Shown here: piece by piece, positions 48,129-58,019 of the stretch | How positions within the stretch are numbered: the first letter of the stretch is position 1 | How the letters are laid out: each line of letters begins with the position of its first letter | DNA from: Ignavibacteriaceae bacterium | GTDB lineage: Bacteria; Bacteroidota; Ignavibacteria; Ignavibacteriales; Ignavibacteriaceae | Direction of reading: 5' to 3' | DNA length: 64,000 nt | Assembly (NCBI GenBank): GCA_046484705.1 | Contig: JAWOIK010000240.1 | Span: forward strand, 6,090-70,089 | Position numbers and translations under genes: made by a program | The notes under the pieces: model-generated | The model's input: the letters and a program-made list of their open reading frames with translations, nothing else | Databases searched by the model: none | What the model was told of the DNA's origin: nothing

Positions 48129-48302
48129 TTATTCTTAATAATTATTTAACAGCACTGATTCACAGAATAAATTTTTAAACTAATTTTTCAGTAAGGATAA
48201 TCTTAATTTATAAATCCTTAATATTAACATCAGCGTAATTAGGATTATCATATCAGCAAAAATAAATAAGACTTCAGGTAAGAATGCTGACTATTAAAAA
48301 AA

Positions 48303-48392
48303 AGCTTACAGCATTACAAATAAAAATCCTTATGGAAAAGTTGCCACTTACCATGATATTGCTGAAGCATTTGGAATTCGTTCTTCAGCTAG
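48303..48392 (+). pseudogene. Relic fragment (about 30 codons) of an MGMT/ATL-family gene, paralogous to 49470..49877
   Basis: In the correct frame it reads AYSITNKNPYGKVATYHDIAEAFGIRSSAR, versus VYDITKKIPYGKVATYGDIAEACGIRSSAR in the intact gene. Nucleotide identity is about 80%. Homology stops where the 3' end of the GDPD gene begins. Confidence 0.75.
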
Positions 48393-48400
48393 AATTAATT

Positions 48401-49411
48401 CTATTCTCTTTTCAAACCAAACTCTTTAACGATATTTGTCAGTCTTCTCGGATAATCAGTTTGCATACCGTTGATGCCTTTTTTAATGAGGCAATCCATT
48501 TCTTTTTTACTGTTGATAGTGCAGCCTATTAAAAAATTTATCTGTTGATCAGGATTCTTATAATTAAAACGATTCCGCTTTCTCACATCATAACGCATAA
48601 CCCGGCGATATGTCATCCAGTTGCCGAATGTAATTTTAGTCGGACGTAATACCAGTCCAACTGAATTTTTATTTTGTATAGCTTCTTTAATTCCACTATG
48701 TAATCTTGGGAAGAAAATAAATCCCGGTGGCAGTTCTACATCAAGGCAGTAAATTAAATCCGGATATTTACTTTTTGCGGTATTCAGCACTTCTTTACTG
48801 GATGTTTCAATGATGAATTGACACGACGGATTGTGCTCTCTAACCAGGGCATCTAATTGATCAAGAATCACCCTTACTAATTCGCTTTCATCCTTCGGTA
48901 CTTTAACATCGAGAAAAACAAATTTCACTTTTTCTTTATCAGATAACCACTGAATGAACTCTGCTAAAATTGGGATATGTGCACCGGCTGGTTGGTTTTC
49001 ACCTTTTTTAACATAATTATAATATTTTCTGAAATCCTGCAGAGTAAGTTCACTAGTTGTATTTCTGAAGCCGCTGAATGGGGCAGGGAAGTAAGGCTTA
49101 TATTTAACATCAGGTTCCAGTCCATTTTCCCGTATCAAAGCAACCAGTCCATTTGGATTCCAATCGTGCCACAGGATAACTTCGTTATCCCTGGTAATAC
49201 ATATGTCAACCTCCAAAGCATTCGCACCTTCGTTTACAGCTCTTTCTAATGAAGAAATTGTATTTTCAGGTTCATTAACAGGCGAACCACGATGCCCACA
49301 AATTAAAAATAAGTGATCTTTGTCTATGTTAGATTTACGAAAAGGACAGAATCTGAAAAGTTCTTTTATCCAGACGTGGTAATAAATAAGTTTTCTTTTT
49401 ATGCTTGCCAT
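48401..49411 (-). CDS. Glycerophosphodiester phosphodiesterase (GDPD) family protein
   Basis: ICGHRGSPVNEPENTISSLERAV.EGANALEVDICITRDNEVILWHD matches the GDPD HRG..ENT / E.D / HD motifs. Confidence 0.8.
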   Translation of the reverse strand: MASIKRKLIYYHVWIKELFRFCPFRKSNIDKDHLFLICGHRGSPVNEPENTISSLERAVNEGANALEVDICITRDNEVILWHDWNPNGLVALIRENGLEPDVKYKPYFPAPFSGFRNTTSELTLQDFRKYYNYVKKGENQPAGAHIPILAEFIQWLSDKEKVKFVFLDVKVPKDESELVRVILDQLDALVREHNPSCQFIIETSSKEVLNTAKSKYPDLIYCLDVELPPGFIFFPRLHSGIKEAIQNKNSVGLVLRPTKITFGNWMTYRRVMRYDVRKRNRFNYKNPDQQINFLIGCTINSKKEMDCLIKKGINGMQTDYPRRLTNIVKEFGLKRE

Positions 49412-49469
49412 AGACTAAGTTAATAATAATCTTTGATTCAGAATTATTTTTGCTATTGCTGCCCGAAAA

Positions 49470-49877
49470 ATGGAGAATAAAATATTGAAAATGAAAAAGC
49501 CTGCTGATAAAAAAAATACGGATTTCTTCAACAAGGTTTATGACATTACCAAGAAAATTCCTTATGGCAAAGTTGCAACCTATGGTGATATTGCTGAGGC
49601 TTGTGGAATTCGATCTTCTGCACGAACTGTGGGATGGGCATTAAACGGATGTGGTCCTGATATACCTGCACATAGAGTTGTAAACAGGTACGGTGCACTT
49701 ACGGGTAAAATACATTTTGGTGATCCTAATTTAATGGAGGAGTTATTAATAAGTGAGGGTGTGGAATTTGATGAGAATGGTTGCGTGAAATTAGATAAGC
49801 ATTTATGGAAACCCGTAGGCAAGAAAAAAGTATATAGTAAAAAGAAAAAATCAGGACGATCAAAAGATCGTCCTTAG
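49470..49877 (+). CDS. Alkyltransferase-like (ATL) protein: MGMT DNA-binding domain without the acceptor cysteine, plus a Lys-rich tail
   Basis: IPYGKVATYGDIAEACG.RSSARTVGWAL, then IPAHRVVNRYGALTG (PAHRV instead of the PCHRV of true Ogt/Ada). The C-terminus is GKKKVYSKKKKSGRSKDRP. Confidence 0.8.
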   Translation: MENKILKMKKPADKKNTDFFNKVYDITKKIPYGKVATYGDIAEACGIRSSARTVGWALNGCGPDIPAHRVVNRYGALTGKIHFGDPNLMEELLISEGVEFDENGCVKLDKHLWKPVGKKKVYSKKKKSGRSKDRP

Positions 49878-49878
49878 T

Positions 49879-50796
49879 TTAATACTTCCTCACATCAATC
49901 GATGAGACACCAGACTCAATTTTTATAAATATTTTTTTAACCGACTCATCAAAATTAGGTGTTCTGTATTTTGAAGATTCAAGTTTTGTAAAGCCTTCAT
50001 AGTTTGTTGCGGATAATGCAACATCAGAAATTATTTCACAGCCAACTGCTTCTGGAATGAATATATCTATATCAGATGCACCTGCATCTATGTCGAGCCT
50101 GGTTTCATCAACCGGTTCACCAATTTTAAGATTTAATGCAGCAGCGCCCATATTTATATCGATCTCGCTAACCTTAAATGAAGAAAGGTCTACTTTCATT
50201 GATGCTGCTCCTACATCAAAATTAATATCCCATACAGGTTCTGGATTAAGTGCAATTTCAACTTTATTAAAGCTGCCTTTTTTACCAAAACGGAATTTTT
50301 TTGATTCCATCTTAAACGTAAGATTGCTAATATCATCATAATCATTCCGGATCAACGTATAATCAACTCCATAACTTTCAGTTGATATATCAAGAAGTTC
50401 ATCTGTTGTTGTCAGTAATCTGAAATTACCTGCACCTGCATTAAAATTAAATGTTGCTGATTTGATTGAGTCATTAAAAGGCTCAGTATATCTTGAAGTT
50501 TCAGACGTGATAGGTCCATCATCAAAATTGAAATTAAATCCGCCTTTGAAAAAGTTGAGTCCTGAACTTATAGAGGCAAAGATAGAGAGTGCCAGTACTA
50601 ACCCGGCTAATCCTGAAATGAGCAATTTACCGGTTTTATTTTTTACAATAATTGATAAACCAATCAATACAAGCACGAGCGGCCAGAACTTCCAGGCTGT
50701 TGACCATTCAAAGTTTATATCTAGAAAATTTGCAATCAGACCAAGACCGCCGAGGACAACAAACAGGGTTCCCCAGAAAATATGTGATGCTTTCAT
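49879..50796 (-). CDS. Membrane protein with N-terminal LiaF/LiaI-like TM region and a beta-rich (toast-rack/DUF4097-like) C-terminal domain
   Basis: Three TM helices (HIFWGTLFVVLGGLGLI.., WKFWPLVLVLIGLSII..). The C-terminal region has repeated ..GA..(I/L).I.. strands. It lies adjacent to a PspC-domain gene. Confidence 0.55.
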   Translation of the reverse strand: MKASHIFWGTLFVVLGGLGLIANFLDINFEWSTAWKFWPLVLVLIGLSIIVKNKTGKLLISGLAGLVLALSIFASISSGLNFFKGGFNFNFDDGPITSETSRYTEPFNDSIKSATFNFNAGAGNFRLLTTTDELLDISTESYGVDYTLIRNDYDDISNLTFKMESKKFRFGKKGSFNKVEIALNPEPVWDINFDVGAASMKVDLSSFKVSEIDINMGAAALNLKIGEPVDETRLDIDAGASDIDIFIPEAVGCEIISDVALSATNYEGFTKLESSKYRTPNFDESVKKIFIKIESGVSSIDVRKY

Positions 50797-50805
50797 TTTC
50801 TTACC

Positions 50806-51273
50806 TCACTTTTTTGCGTTAAGAAGTAAACCAATACCAATGGCAATTAAAATAAAAGGCCAGTAATCACCAAAGTTGAATCGCGGTATAAAATTATTTA
50901 GTAAGAACAATGCACCAATAACAACTAGAACTATTCCTGCAACAGAGCCAGTATTAGATTTTTGTTTCTGCTGAAAGGCCGCATAATCGAACTGATCTTT
51001 TATTGGTTCTGAATTCTCTCCCTTTGTCTCAGACTCATGGTGATGTTGGTTAAATTCAGATTGTGTCTGCTGTGTTCCGGGAAAAACATATGGTTTTTCA
51101 GGCACTATAATCCACAAAATAATGTAGGCAATTAATCCTCCTCCGCCGAAGAATACGGCAAGAACGAATAAAATTCTTACTATTGTTGGATCAATTTCAA
51201 AATATTCTGCAATGCCACCGGATACTCCACCGATCATTTTATCGGTATTGGAGCGATATAACTTTTTGTACAT
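50806..51273 (-). CDS. PspC domain-containing membrane protein
   Basis: KLYRS..DKMIGGVSGGIAEYFEIDPTIVRILFVL is the PspC domain signature, followed by TM helices. Confidence 0.85.
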   Translation of the reverse strand: MYKKLYRSNTDKMIGGVSGGIAEYFEIDPTIVRILFVLAVFFGGGGLIAYIILWIIVPEKPYVFPGTQQTQSEFNQHHHESETKGENSEPIKDQFDYAAFQQKQKSNTGSVAGIVLVVIGALFLLNNFIPRFNFGDYWPFILIAIGIGLLLNAKK

Positions 51274-51504
51274 TTTGGAACTCCTTGTTTACTATAATTT
51301 CCAATGCAATAATAAATACTATTATAATGTAATACATTTTATATAGTATTAACGGTACCTGATTGTTAAAGGTGGGATAATTATCAGATTATCGGGCGAA
51401 TAATACCGGTGAATGGTAAAATTTTTGCAATTTTATTGTAAAAATTAAAAGATACGTTATTTTAGTTTTAATATTTTAATAATTCTTTTACTTACTTCAA
51501 CTAT

Positions 51505-53142
51505 ATGAAAATTGCACTCTGTCAGATCAATCCGATTATCGGAAACCTCGATTACAATAAATCAAAAATTATTGAGGGTTATAAAAAAGGTGTTAAGGAG
51601 AATGCTGATATTGTAATTTTCCCTGAACTTTCTTTAATAGGTTATCCGCCTCAGGATCTGGTTGAAAAAAAAGAATTCCGGGATGCAGTGACTAAAGCCT
51701 CAAATGAGCTGGCTGCATTAACCACCGGCACAGCTTTAATATTCGGATCAATTACGGATGATAATGATTTGATCGGAACAGACATACATAACTCTGCTAT
51801 ACTCTGTTACGAAGGTAAAATACAATTTGTTCAACATAAAACACTTATTCCGAACTATGATGTATTTGATGAGATGCGATATTTCGATCCATCTAAAGAA
51901 GTAAATGTATTTGAGTTTAAAGGTGAGAAACTGGGAATTTCGATATGCGAGGATATTTGGAACGATGCAGATTACTGGTACAGAAGAAGATACACACGCG
52001 ATCCCGTAAGAGAGTTGTTAGAAAAAGGCGCCTCAATACTTATTAATATATCTGCAAGTCCGTATTCTTACGGTAAACGGAATGACAGACGTAATATGCT
52101 TTCGTTATTAACAAATCAGGAAAGTGTACCACTGGCTTACGTATGCTGTGCGGGTGCACAGACAGATTTGATCTTTGATGGAGCAAGCATGTGTTTTGAT
52201 TCAAAAGGAAGATTGCTAAAACTTGGTAAACATTTTGAGGAAGATTTTTTTATTTATGATACCAATGTTTCGGGAAATGAAATCATTAATTGTGAGTATA
52301 GTTTTGAGGAAGAAGTTTTATCAGCACTCATTTATGGTTTGAAAGATTATTGTGATAAACTAGGATTTAGAAAATTATTAATAGGATTAAGCGGTGGAAT
52401 AGATTCGGCTATTGTAACATACATTGCTGTAAAAGCTGTTGGAGCAGAAAATGTTCACGTAATGCTAATGCCTTCTAAATATTCAAGCGAGGGAAGTCTG
52501 ACTGATTCTGAGAAACTTATTTCAAATTTAGGAATCTCATCATCAAATATTTCTATTCAAAATGTGGTTGATGAAACTTTAAACAAGTTAACGATTTCAC
52601 TTAACAATGATGTGAAAGAAATTACTGAAGAAAACCTGCAATCCAGAATACGTGGACTTTATTTAATGGCTTTTTCAAATAACAACAATTACTTACTTTT
52701 AACAACCGGAAATAAGTCGGAAATGGCAACCGGGTATTGTACTTTATATGGAGATATGTGTGGTGGATTAGCTGTGATAGCTGATGTATATAAAACAGAT
52801 ATTTATAGAATAACTAATTATATAAACAGGGAATCTGAAATTATTCCGCAAGAGATAATAAACAAGCCGCCGTCTGCAGAATTAAAACCAAATCAAACAG
52901 ATCAGGATACACTTCCACCATATGAATTGCTTGATAATATTTTAAAAATGTATCTTGAAGAGAATAAAGAATCTGAAGAAATTTCTGAAATCATTGGGGA
53001 TAAAGAAATTGTTGATAAAGTACTCCGAATGGTTGATTTAAATGAGTTTAAACGAAAACAATCAGCTCCGGCATTACGTGTATCATCAAAAGCTTTCGGT
53101 TATGGGAGAAGATATCCCATTGTGCAGGGTTGGAGAAAGTAA
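51505..53142 (+). CDS. nadE: Glutamine-dependent NAD+ synthetase
   Basis: N-terminal CN-hydrolase domain (MKIALCQINP.., FPEL, ICED) and C-terminal NAD synthase domain (GLSGGIDSA). Confidence 0.93.
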   Translation: MKIALCQINPIIGNLDYNKSKIIEGYKKGVKENADIVIFPELSLIGYPPQDLVEKKEFRDAVTKASNELAALTTGTALIFGSITDDNDLIGTDIHNSAILCYEGKIQFVQHKTLIPNYDVFDEMRYFDPSKEVNVFEFKGEKLGISICEDIWNDADYWYRRRYTRDPVRELLEKGASILINISASPYSYGKRNDRRNMLSLLTNQESVPLAYVCCAGAQTDLIFDGASMCFDSKGRLLKLGKHFEEDFFIYDTNVSGNEIINCEYSFEEEVLSALIYGLKDYCDKLGFRKLLIGLSGGIDSAIVTYIAVKAVGAENVHVMLMPSKYSSEGSLTDSEKLISNLGISSSNISIQNVVDETLNKLTISLNNDVKEITEENLQSRIRGLYLMAFSNNNNYLLLTTGNKSEMATGYCTLYGDMCGGLAVIADVYKTDIYRITNYINRESEIIPQEIINKPPSAELKPNQTDQDTLPPYELLDNILKMYLEENKESEEISEIIGDKEIVDKVLRMVDLNEFKRKQSAPALRVSSKAFGYGRRYPIVQGWRK

Positions 53143-53214
53143 CCAAACCTGAAGCAATAAAAATTTGGATGAAAAAACTAATTAAAAATATCAGACAATT
53201 AAAAAATTGAAAAT

Positions 53215-54984
53215 ATGAATTATATAAAATATTTATTGACAGTAATCTTTCTGATTAATTTTAATATAACAGCTCAATTCGGTTCGAATCCGGATTTATT
53301 AAAAGTCCAAACTTATCTTTCATTAGATAAAGTTTATACAGGCAGTGAGTTCAAAGTTGCTCTTAAAGTCAATATCGATAAAGAGTGGCACATTAATTCA
53401 AATCAACCTTATGAAGATTATTTAATACCTACAGAACTCAGCATTGTTGAAGATCAGAATTTTAAATTAAACAAAGTAGTATATCCAAAAGCACATGATT
53501 TTACTTTTGCTTTTTCCGAAAGTCCGCTATCTGTCTGGGAAGGTGAAATTATTATCGGAGCAATCGTAAGTGTTTCAGAAAATATTGAACCAGGAACTTA
53601 TCAATTGGTAATTAACCTTGATTACCAGGCTTGTAATGATATGAGCTGCCTGGCACCAACTTCCGTATCAGATACTATCGAAGTTGTAATAGCCGATAGG
53701 AAAGAAGTTGTAAATCAAATTAATGGTGATATCTTTGATCAGCTTGACCTTTCAATCGAATCAACTCTAATATCAAATGATAAAAATGATGACCCGATAT
53801 CATCAGCACTGGAAAGTAAAGGAATTTTTGTAGGTCTAATCCTGGTTTTTTTAGGCGGACTTGCTCTTAACCTTACACCTTGCGTTTATCCTCTTATACC
53901 AATAACAATTGGTTATTTCGGCGGACAAAGTGAAGGTAAAACCAGCAGGTTGTTTTTGATGGGGTTATTGTTCGTTTTAGGGATGGCTGTTACGTATTCT
54001 GTTGTAGGGGTTGTAACTTCGCTAAGCGGAGCCGTATTTGGTGCCTTATTACAAAATACAATTGTTATTCTGGTTATTGTTGCAGTTTTTATAGTGTTAT
54101 CGCTTAGTATGTTCGGAGTGTATGAATTTAAAGTTCCTGATGCTCTGGTTGCAAAAGCGGGTGGTGCAAAAGGTGGATTTTACGGTGCGTTTTTTATGGG
54201 ATTAACAATGGGAATTGTTGCAGCACCTTGTATTGGACCTTTCGTAATCGGGTTAGTTACTTACGTTGCTGCAAAGGGTGATCCATTTTTTGGATTTCTT
54301 ATGTTTTTTGTTTTAGCCCTCGGCTTAGGATTACCGTATTTGTTTCTTGCAATTTTCTCTGGTAAGATTAAAAGTCTGCCGCGTGCCGGTGAGTGGATGG
54401 AAGCAGTAAAACATGTTTTCGGATTTATTCTTCTTGGAATGGCATTATATTTTCTTTTACCGCTACTTCCAAAAGAAATTTCAGGCTATGTACTACCTGT
54501 GTTCGGTATAATTGCTGTCCTGATACTTCTATTTTTTGATAAGATGGGAAATAAAGTGAAGTCATTCCGCGCATTCAAATATGTCTTTTCTATTTTGATT
54601 ATTGCTGTTTCGGTATATGCTATGGTTCCTTCTCAAAAAAATTCCGTTGAGTGGGAAATGTATACAGAATATGCTGTTGAAAATATTTCGGATAAAAAAG
54701 GGATAATTATAGATTTTTATGCTGATTGGTGTATTCCATGTAAAGAACTTGACGCGCTTACTTTTTCCGATCAGCGGGTGATTGAGCTTTCGAAGGAATT
54801 CGCGACATTCAAAGCTGACATGACAAAATCTGTTTCACCGGAAGTTGAATCGTTGCGGAATAAATATACCATCATTGGTGTTCCCACCGTGCTCATACTC
54901 AGTGCTGATGGAAGTGAATTACAGCGTATTACCGGCTTTGTAAATGCCGATGAATTTTTTAACATTTTAAATAGTGTATTGTAA
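53215..54984 (+). CDS. dsbD: DsbD-family thiol:disulfide interchange protein
   Basis: N-terminal DsbD-alpha-like domain (YQACNDMSCLAP), a central CcdA-like TM core (LNLTPCVYPLIP, APCIGPF) and a C-terminal thioredoxin (DFYADWCIPCK). Confidence 0.88.
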   Translation: MNYIKYLLTVIFLINFNITAQFGSNPDLLKVQTYLSLDKVYTGSEFKVALKVNIDKEWHINSNQPYEDYLIPTELSIVEDQNFKLNKVVYPKAHDFTFAFSESPLSVWEGEIIIGAIVSVSENIEPGTYQLVINLDYQACNDMSCLAPTSVSDTIEVVIADRKEVVNQINGDIFDQLDLSIESTLISNDKNDDPISSALESKGIFVGLILVFLGGLALNLTPCVYPLIPITIGYFGGQSEGKTSRLFLMGLLFVLGMAVTYSVVGVVTSLSGAVFGALLQNTIVILVIVAVFIVLSLSMFGVYEFKVPDALVAKAGGAKGGFYGAFFMGLTMGIVAAPCIGPFVIGLVTYVAAKGDPFFGFLMFFVLALGLGLPYLFLAIFSGKIKSLPRAGEWMEAVKHVFGFILLGMALYFLLPLLPKEISGYVLPVFGIIAVLILLFFDKMGNKVKSFRAFKYVFSILIIAVSVYAMVPSQKNSVEWEMYTEYAVENISDKKGIIIDFYADWCIPCKELDALTFSDQRVIELSKEFATFKADMTKSVSPEVESLRNKYTIIGVPTVLILSADGSELQRITGFVNADEFFNILNSVL

Positions 54985-55073
54985 TAGGGTGCCGGCAATT
55001 TAATTGCTAATTCACAAACTACTTAGTAGTTTTGTTCGAACATTTTTAAATAATATTTGAGTCAGAGTTTGTA

Positions 55074-56921
55074 ATGTCTAAAATAAAAGAAGTACTAAAA
55101 TTAAAAGAAGTAACAGTAAGGTTTGCGGGGGATTCAGGGGATGGTATGCAATTAACAGGTTCTCAGTTTAGCGATACAACTGCATGGGTTGGTAATGATC
55201 TGAACACACTTCCGGATTATCCAGCTGAAATTCGTGCCCCTGCAGGAACATTATACGGAGTGAGCGGGTTCCAATTACATTTCAGCAGCGATGATATTCA
55301 TACACCTGGTGATCAGCCGGATGTACTGGTTGCAATGAATCCTGCTGCTTTAAAAAAGAATTTACCTGAAATAAAAAAAGGCGGAATCATAATTCTAAAT
55401 AATGATGCCTTTGACGCTAAAAACCTTAAACTGGCTGGTTATGCTTCTAATCCATTGGATGATGAATCATTAAGCGGATATGAAGTTTTTAAAGTTCCTA
55501 TTTCCTCGCTTACAGCTAATGCATTAGAGGGAACAAATCTCTCTCCAAAAGAAGTAGCAAGATGTAAAAACTTTTTTGCTCTTGGATTAATGTATTGGTT
55601 ATATAACCGCCCGCCGGAACCTACTATTGAATGGATACATATAAAATTCAAAAAACATCCTGAATATGTAGAGGCTAATGAAAAAGCTCTTAAAGCAGGA
55701 ATGAATTTTGGTGAAATGACAGAGGCGTTCACAACACGCTATAGTGTTGAACCAGCTAAACTACCTAAAGGAACTTACAGAAACATTTCCGGTAACGAGG
55801 CTACAGCACTCGGATTTTTAACTGCATCTGTAAAAAGCGGCTTGCCATTATTTCTTGGTTCATATCCAATTACGCCTGCTTCTGAAATTTTACAATACCT
55901 TAGTAATTATAAAAACTTTGGTGTTAAAACATTTCAGGCGGAAGATGAAATTGCAGGAATAACATCGGCTATTGGTGCTGCATTTGCAGGATCATTAGCA
56001 ATAACTTCAACCAGTGGTCCGGGACTTGCATTAAAAACAGAAGCAATTGGATTAGCGGTGATGACTGAACTTCCGATTGTTATCATCGACGTTCAGAGAG
56101 GTGGTCCTAGTACAGGGCTTCCCACTAAAACTGAACAGGCAGATTTATTGCAAGCTGTATATGGAAGAAATGGTGAAGCTCCTGTTGCGGTACTGGCTGC
56201 GCGTACTCCACGTGATTGTTTTTATATGGCTATTGAAGCCTCAAGAATTGCAGTAAAATTTATGACACCGGTAATTTTATTAACCGATGGATATCTTGCT
56301 AATGGATCTGAACCATGGAGAATTCCAAACGTTAATGAATTACCTGAGATAAAAGTTGAATACAGAAAAGATAAAGAAGGATTCTTTCCTTACCTCAGAG
56401 ATGAAAACCTTACAAGACCATGGGCTATTCCGGGAACTCCGGGACTCGAACATAGAATTGGCGGCTTGGAAAAAGCCAATATAACGGGCAACGTAAATTA
56501 TGACCCGGATAACCATCATAATATGGTAAATCTGCGTGCACAGAAAATCAAAAATATCCAGTACGATATCCCTGATCTTGAAGTAGATGGCGAAAGCCAG
56601 GGAGAACTGCTAGTATTAGGCTGGGGCGGAACCTATGGCTCATTAAAAGAGGCTGTGTCCAAAGCGCGTGAACTGGGGTACCCTGTTTCTCACGCCCATT
56701 TAAAATATCTTAATCCGTTTCCCAAAAATACGGCAGAAATATTAGGCAGATTTAAGAAAATACTGATACCGGAAATTAATCTAGGACAATTATCTAAAAT
56801 GATCAGAAGTGAATTTTTAATTGATGTTGAACAGTTTAATATAGTCAGAGGTTTGCCTTTCAGAACTTCCGATATATTGACAAAGATAACAGAGATGCTT
56901 GGAGGAAATAATGGCAACTAA
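55074..56921 (+). CDS. korA: 2-oxoacid (2-oxoglutarate):ferredoxin oxidoreductase, alpha subunit
   Basis: [13 protein letters not shown].., [15 protein letters not shown]; approx 615 aa, the fused alpha/gamma type. Confidence 0.88.
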   Translation: MSKIKEVLKLKEVTVRFAGDSGDGMQLTGSQFSDTTAWVGNDLNTLPDYPAEIRAPAGTLYGVSGFQLHFSSDDIHTPGDQPDVLVAMNPAALKKNLPEIKKGGIIILNNDAFDAKNLKLAGYASNPLDDESLSGYEVFKVPISSLTANALEGTNLSPKEVARCKNFFALGLMYWLYNRPPEPTIEWIHIKFKKHPEYVEANEKALKAGMNFGEMTEAFTTRYSVEPAKLPKGTYRNISGNEATALGFLTASVKSGLPLFLGSYPITPASEILQYLSNYKNFGVKTFQAEDEIAGITSAIGAAFAGSLAITSTSGPGLALKTEAIGLAVMTELPIVIIDVQRGGPSTGLPTKTEQADLLQAVYGRNGEAPVAVLAARTPRDCFYMAIEASRIAVKFMTPVILLTDGYLANGSEPWRIPNVNELPEIKVEYRKDKEGFFPYLRDENLTRPWAIPGTPGLEHRIGGLEKANITGNVNYDPDNHHNMVNLRAQKIKNIQYDIPDLEVDGESQGELLVLGWGGTYGSLKEAVSKARELGYPVSHAHLKYLNPFPKNTAEILGRFKKILIPEINLGQLSKMIRSEFLIDVEQFNIVRGLPFRTSDILTKITEMLGGNNGN

Positions 56922-57948
56922 TTCAGAAAATATTACAGCACAGTATACAGCTAAAGATTTTTCATCAGATCAGGATGTTAGATGGTGTCCGGGGTGCGGT
57001 GATTATTCCATCCTTGCACAGGTTCAACGTACTTTTCCGGATATTGTAAAAGAACACAAAGAAAATATTGTTTGGGTTTCAGGAATTGGGTGTTCAAGCA
57101 GATTCCCTTACTATATGAACACATACGGATTTCATGGAATTCACGGCAGAGCACCAATTCTTGCAACCGGTGTTAAATTAGCTAACCCTAAACTTTCAGT
57201 GTGGGTTGCTACCGGAGATGGTGATTTACTCAGCATCGGTGGAAACCATTTTATACATGCCTGCAGAAAAAATGTTGATTTAAAAATCCTGTTATTTAAT
57301 AATAGGATATATGGATTAACCAAAGGTCAGTATTCTCCTACATCTGAAAGAGGAAAAGTAACAAAGACTACACCTTTTGGAAGTGTTGATTATCCCTTTA
57401 ATCCCGTCTTGCTTGCACTTGGTTCTGAAGCATCCTTTGTTGCAAGATCTATAGACCGTAATGCTAAACATATGCAGGAGATGATCAGGAGAGCAGCAGA
57501 ACATAAAGGTACAGCACTCATAGAAATTTATCAGAACTGTAACATCTTTAATGATGGAGCTTTTGAACTATTAACCGAAAAGAATACCAAAGATGATAAT
57601 GTCCTCTCACTTGAGCATGGTAAACCTATGGTCTTCGGAAAAAATTCTGATAAAGGCGTTAAACTTGATGGATTAACACCGGTAATAGTTGACATGTCAA
57701 CTGGTGAGTTCAGCAAAGATGATTTGTGGATTCATGACGAGTTTGATAGTAGCCCTGCCCGTGCTATTATACTGGCAGGTATGGAGGAAACACCGGGTAT
57801 GCCAACTCCAATAGGAATTTTCCGACAGGTGGATAAACCTACATACGATGAAGGATTGGAAAGTCAGATTGAAGCCGTTACCAATAAGAGAGGTAAAGGC
57901 GATTTAGAGAAAATACTGTTTAGTGGTAATACCTGGGAAGTAAAATAA
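56911..57948 (+). CDS. korB: 2-oxoacid:ferredoxin oxidoreductase, beta subunit
   Basis: [15 protein letters not shown] and the TPP motif GDGD..SIGGNH. GGAGG RBS before the ATG at 56911, which overlaps the end of korA. Confidence 0.88.
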   Translation: MATNSENITAQYTAKDFSSDQDVRWCPGCGDYSILAQVQRTFPDIVKEHKENIVWVSGIGCSSRFPYYMNTYGFHGIHGRAPILATGVKLANPKLSVWVATGDGDLLSIGGNHFIHACRKNVDLKILLFNNRIYGLTKGQYSPTSERGKVTKTTPFGSVDYPFNPVLLALGSEASFVARSIDRNAKHMQEMIRRAAEHKGTALIEIYQNCNIFNDGAFELLTEKNTKDDNVLSLEHGKPMVFGKNSDKGVKLDGLTPVIVDMSTGEFSKDDLWIHDEFDSSPARAIILAGMEETPGMPTPIGIFRQVDKPTYDEGLESQIEAVTNKRGKGDLEKILFSGNTWEVK

Positions 57949-57977
57949 TATACTTTCAAATCTTAATTATTTCACAA

Positions 57978-58002
57978 TAGGCTAAGGAAAACCCTTAGCC
58001 TA
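57978..58002 (+). terminator. Hairpin terminator after korB
   Basis: TAGGCTAAGG-AAAAC-CCTTAGCCTA forms a 10-bp stem. The downstream T tract is weak (TTCACTT). Confidence 0.6.
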
Positions 58003-58019
58003 TTCACTTAATTTGCAGT

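Noticed and set aside
48284-48532. The 82-aa plus-strand ORF listed in the track.
   Set aside because: Its first part reads the ATL-gene relic out of frame. The rest is antisense to the 3' end of the well-supported GDPD gene.
55013-55034. A hairpin ACAAACTAC-TTA-GTAGTTTTGT after the dsbD-like gene, considered as a terminator.
   Set aside because: The stem needs a bulge, is AU-rich, and has no clear downstream T tract. It is too weak to list as a feature.
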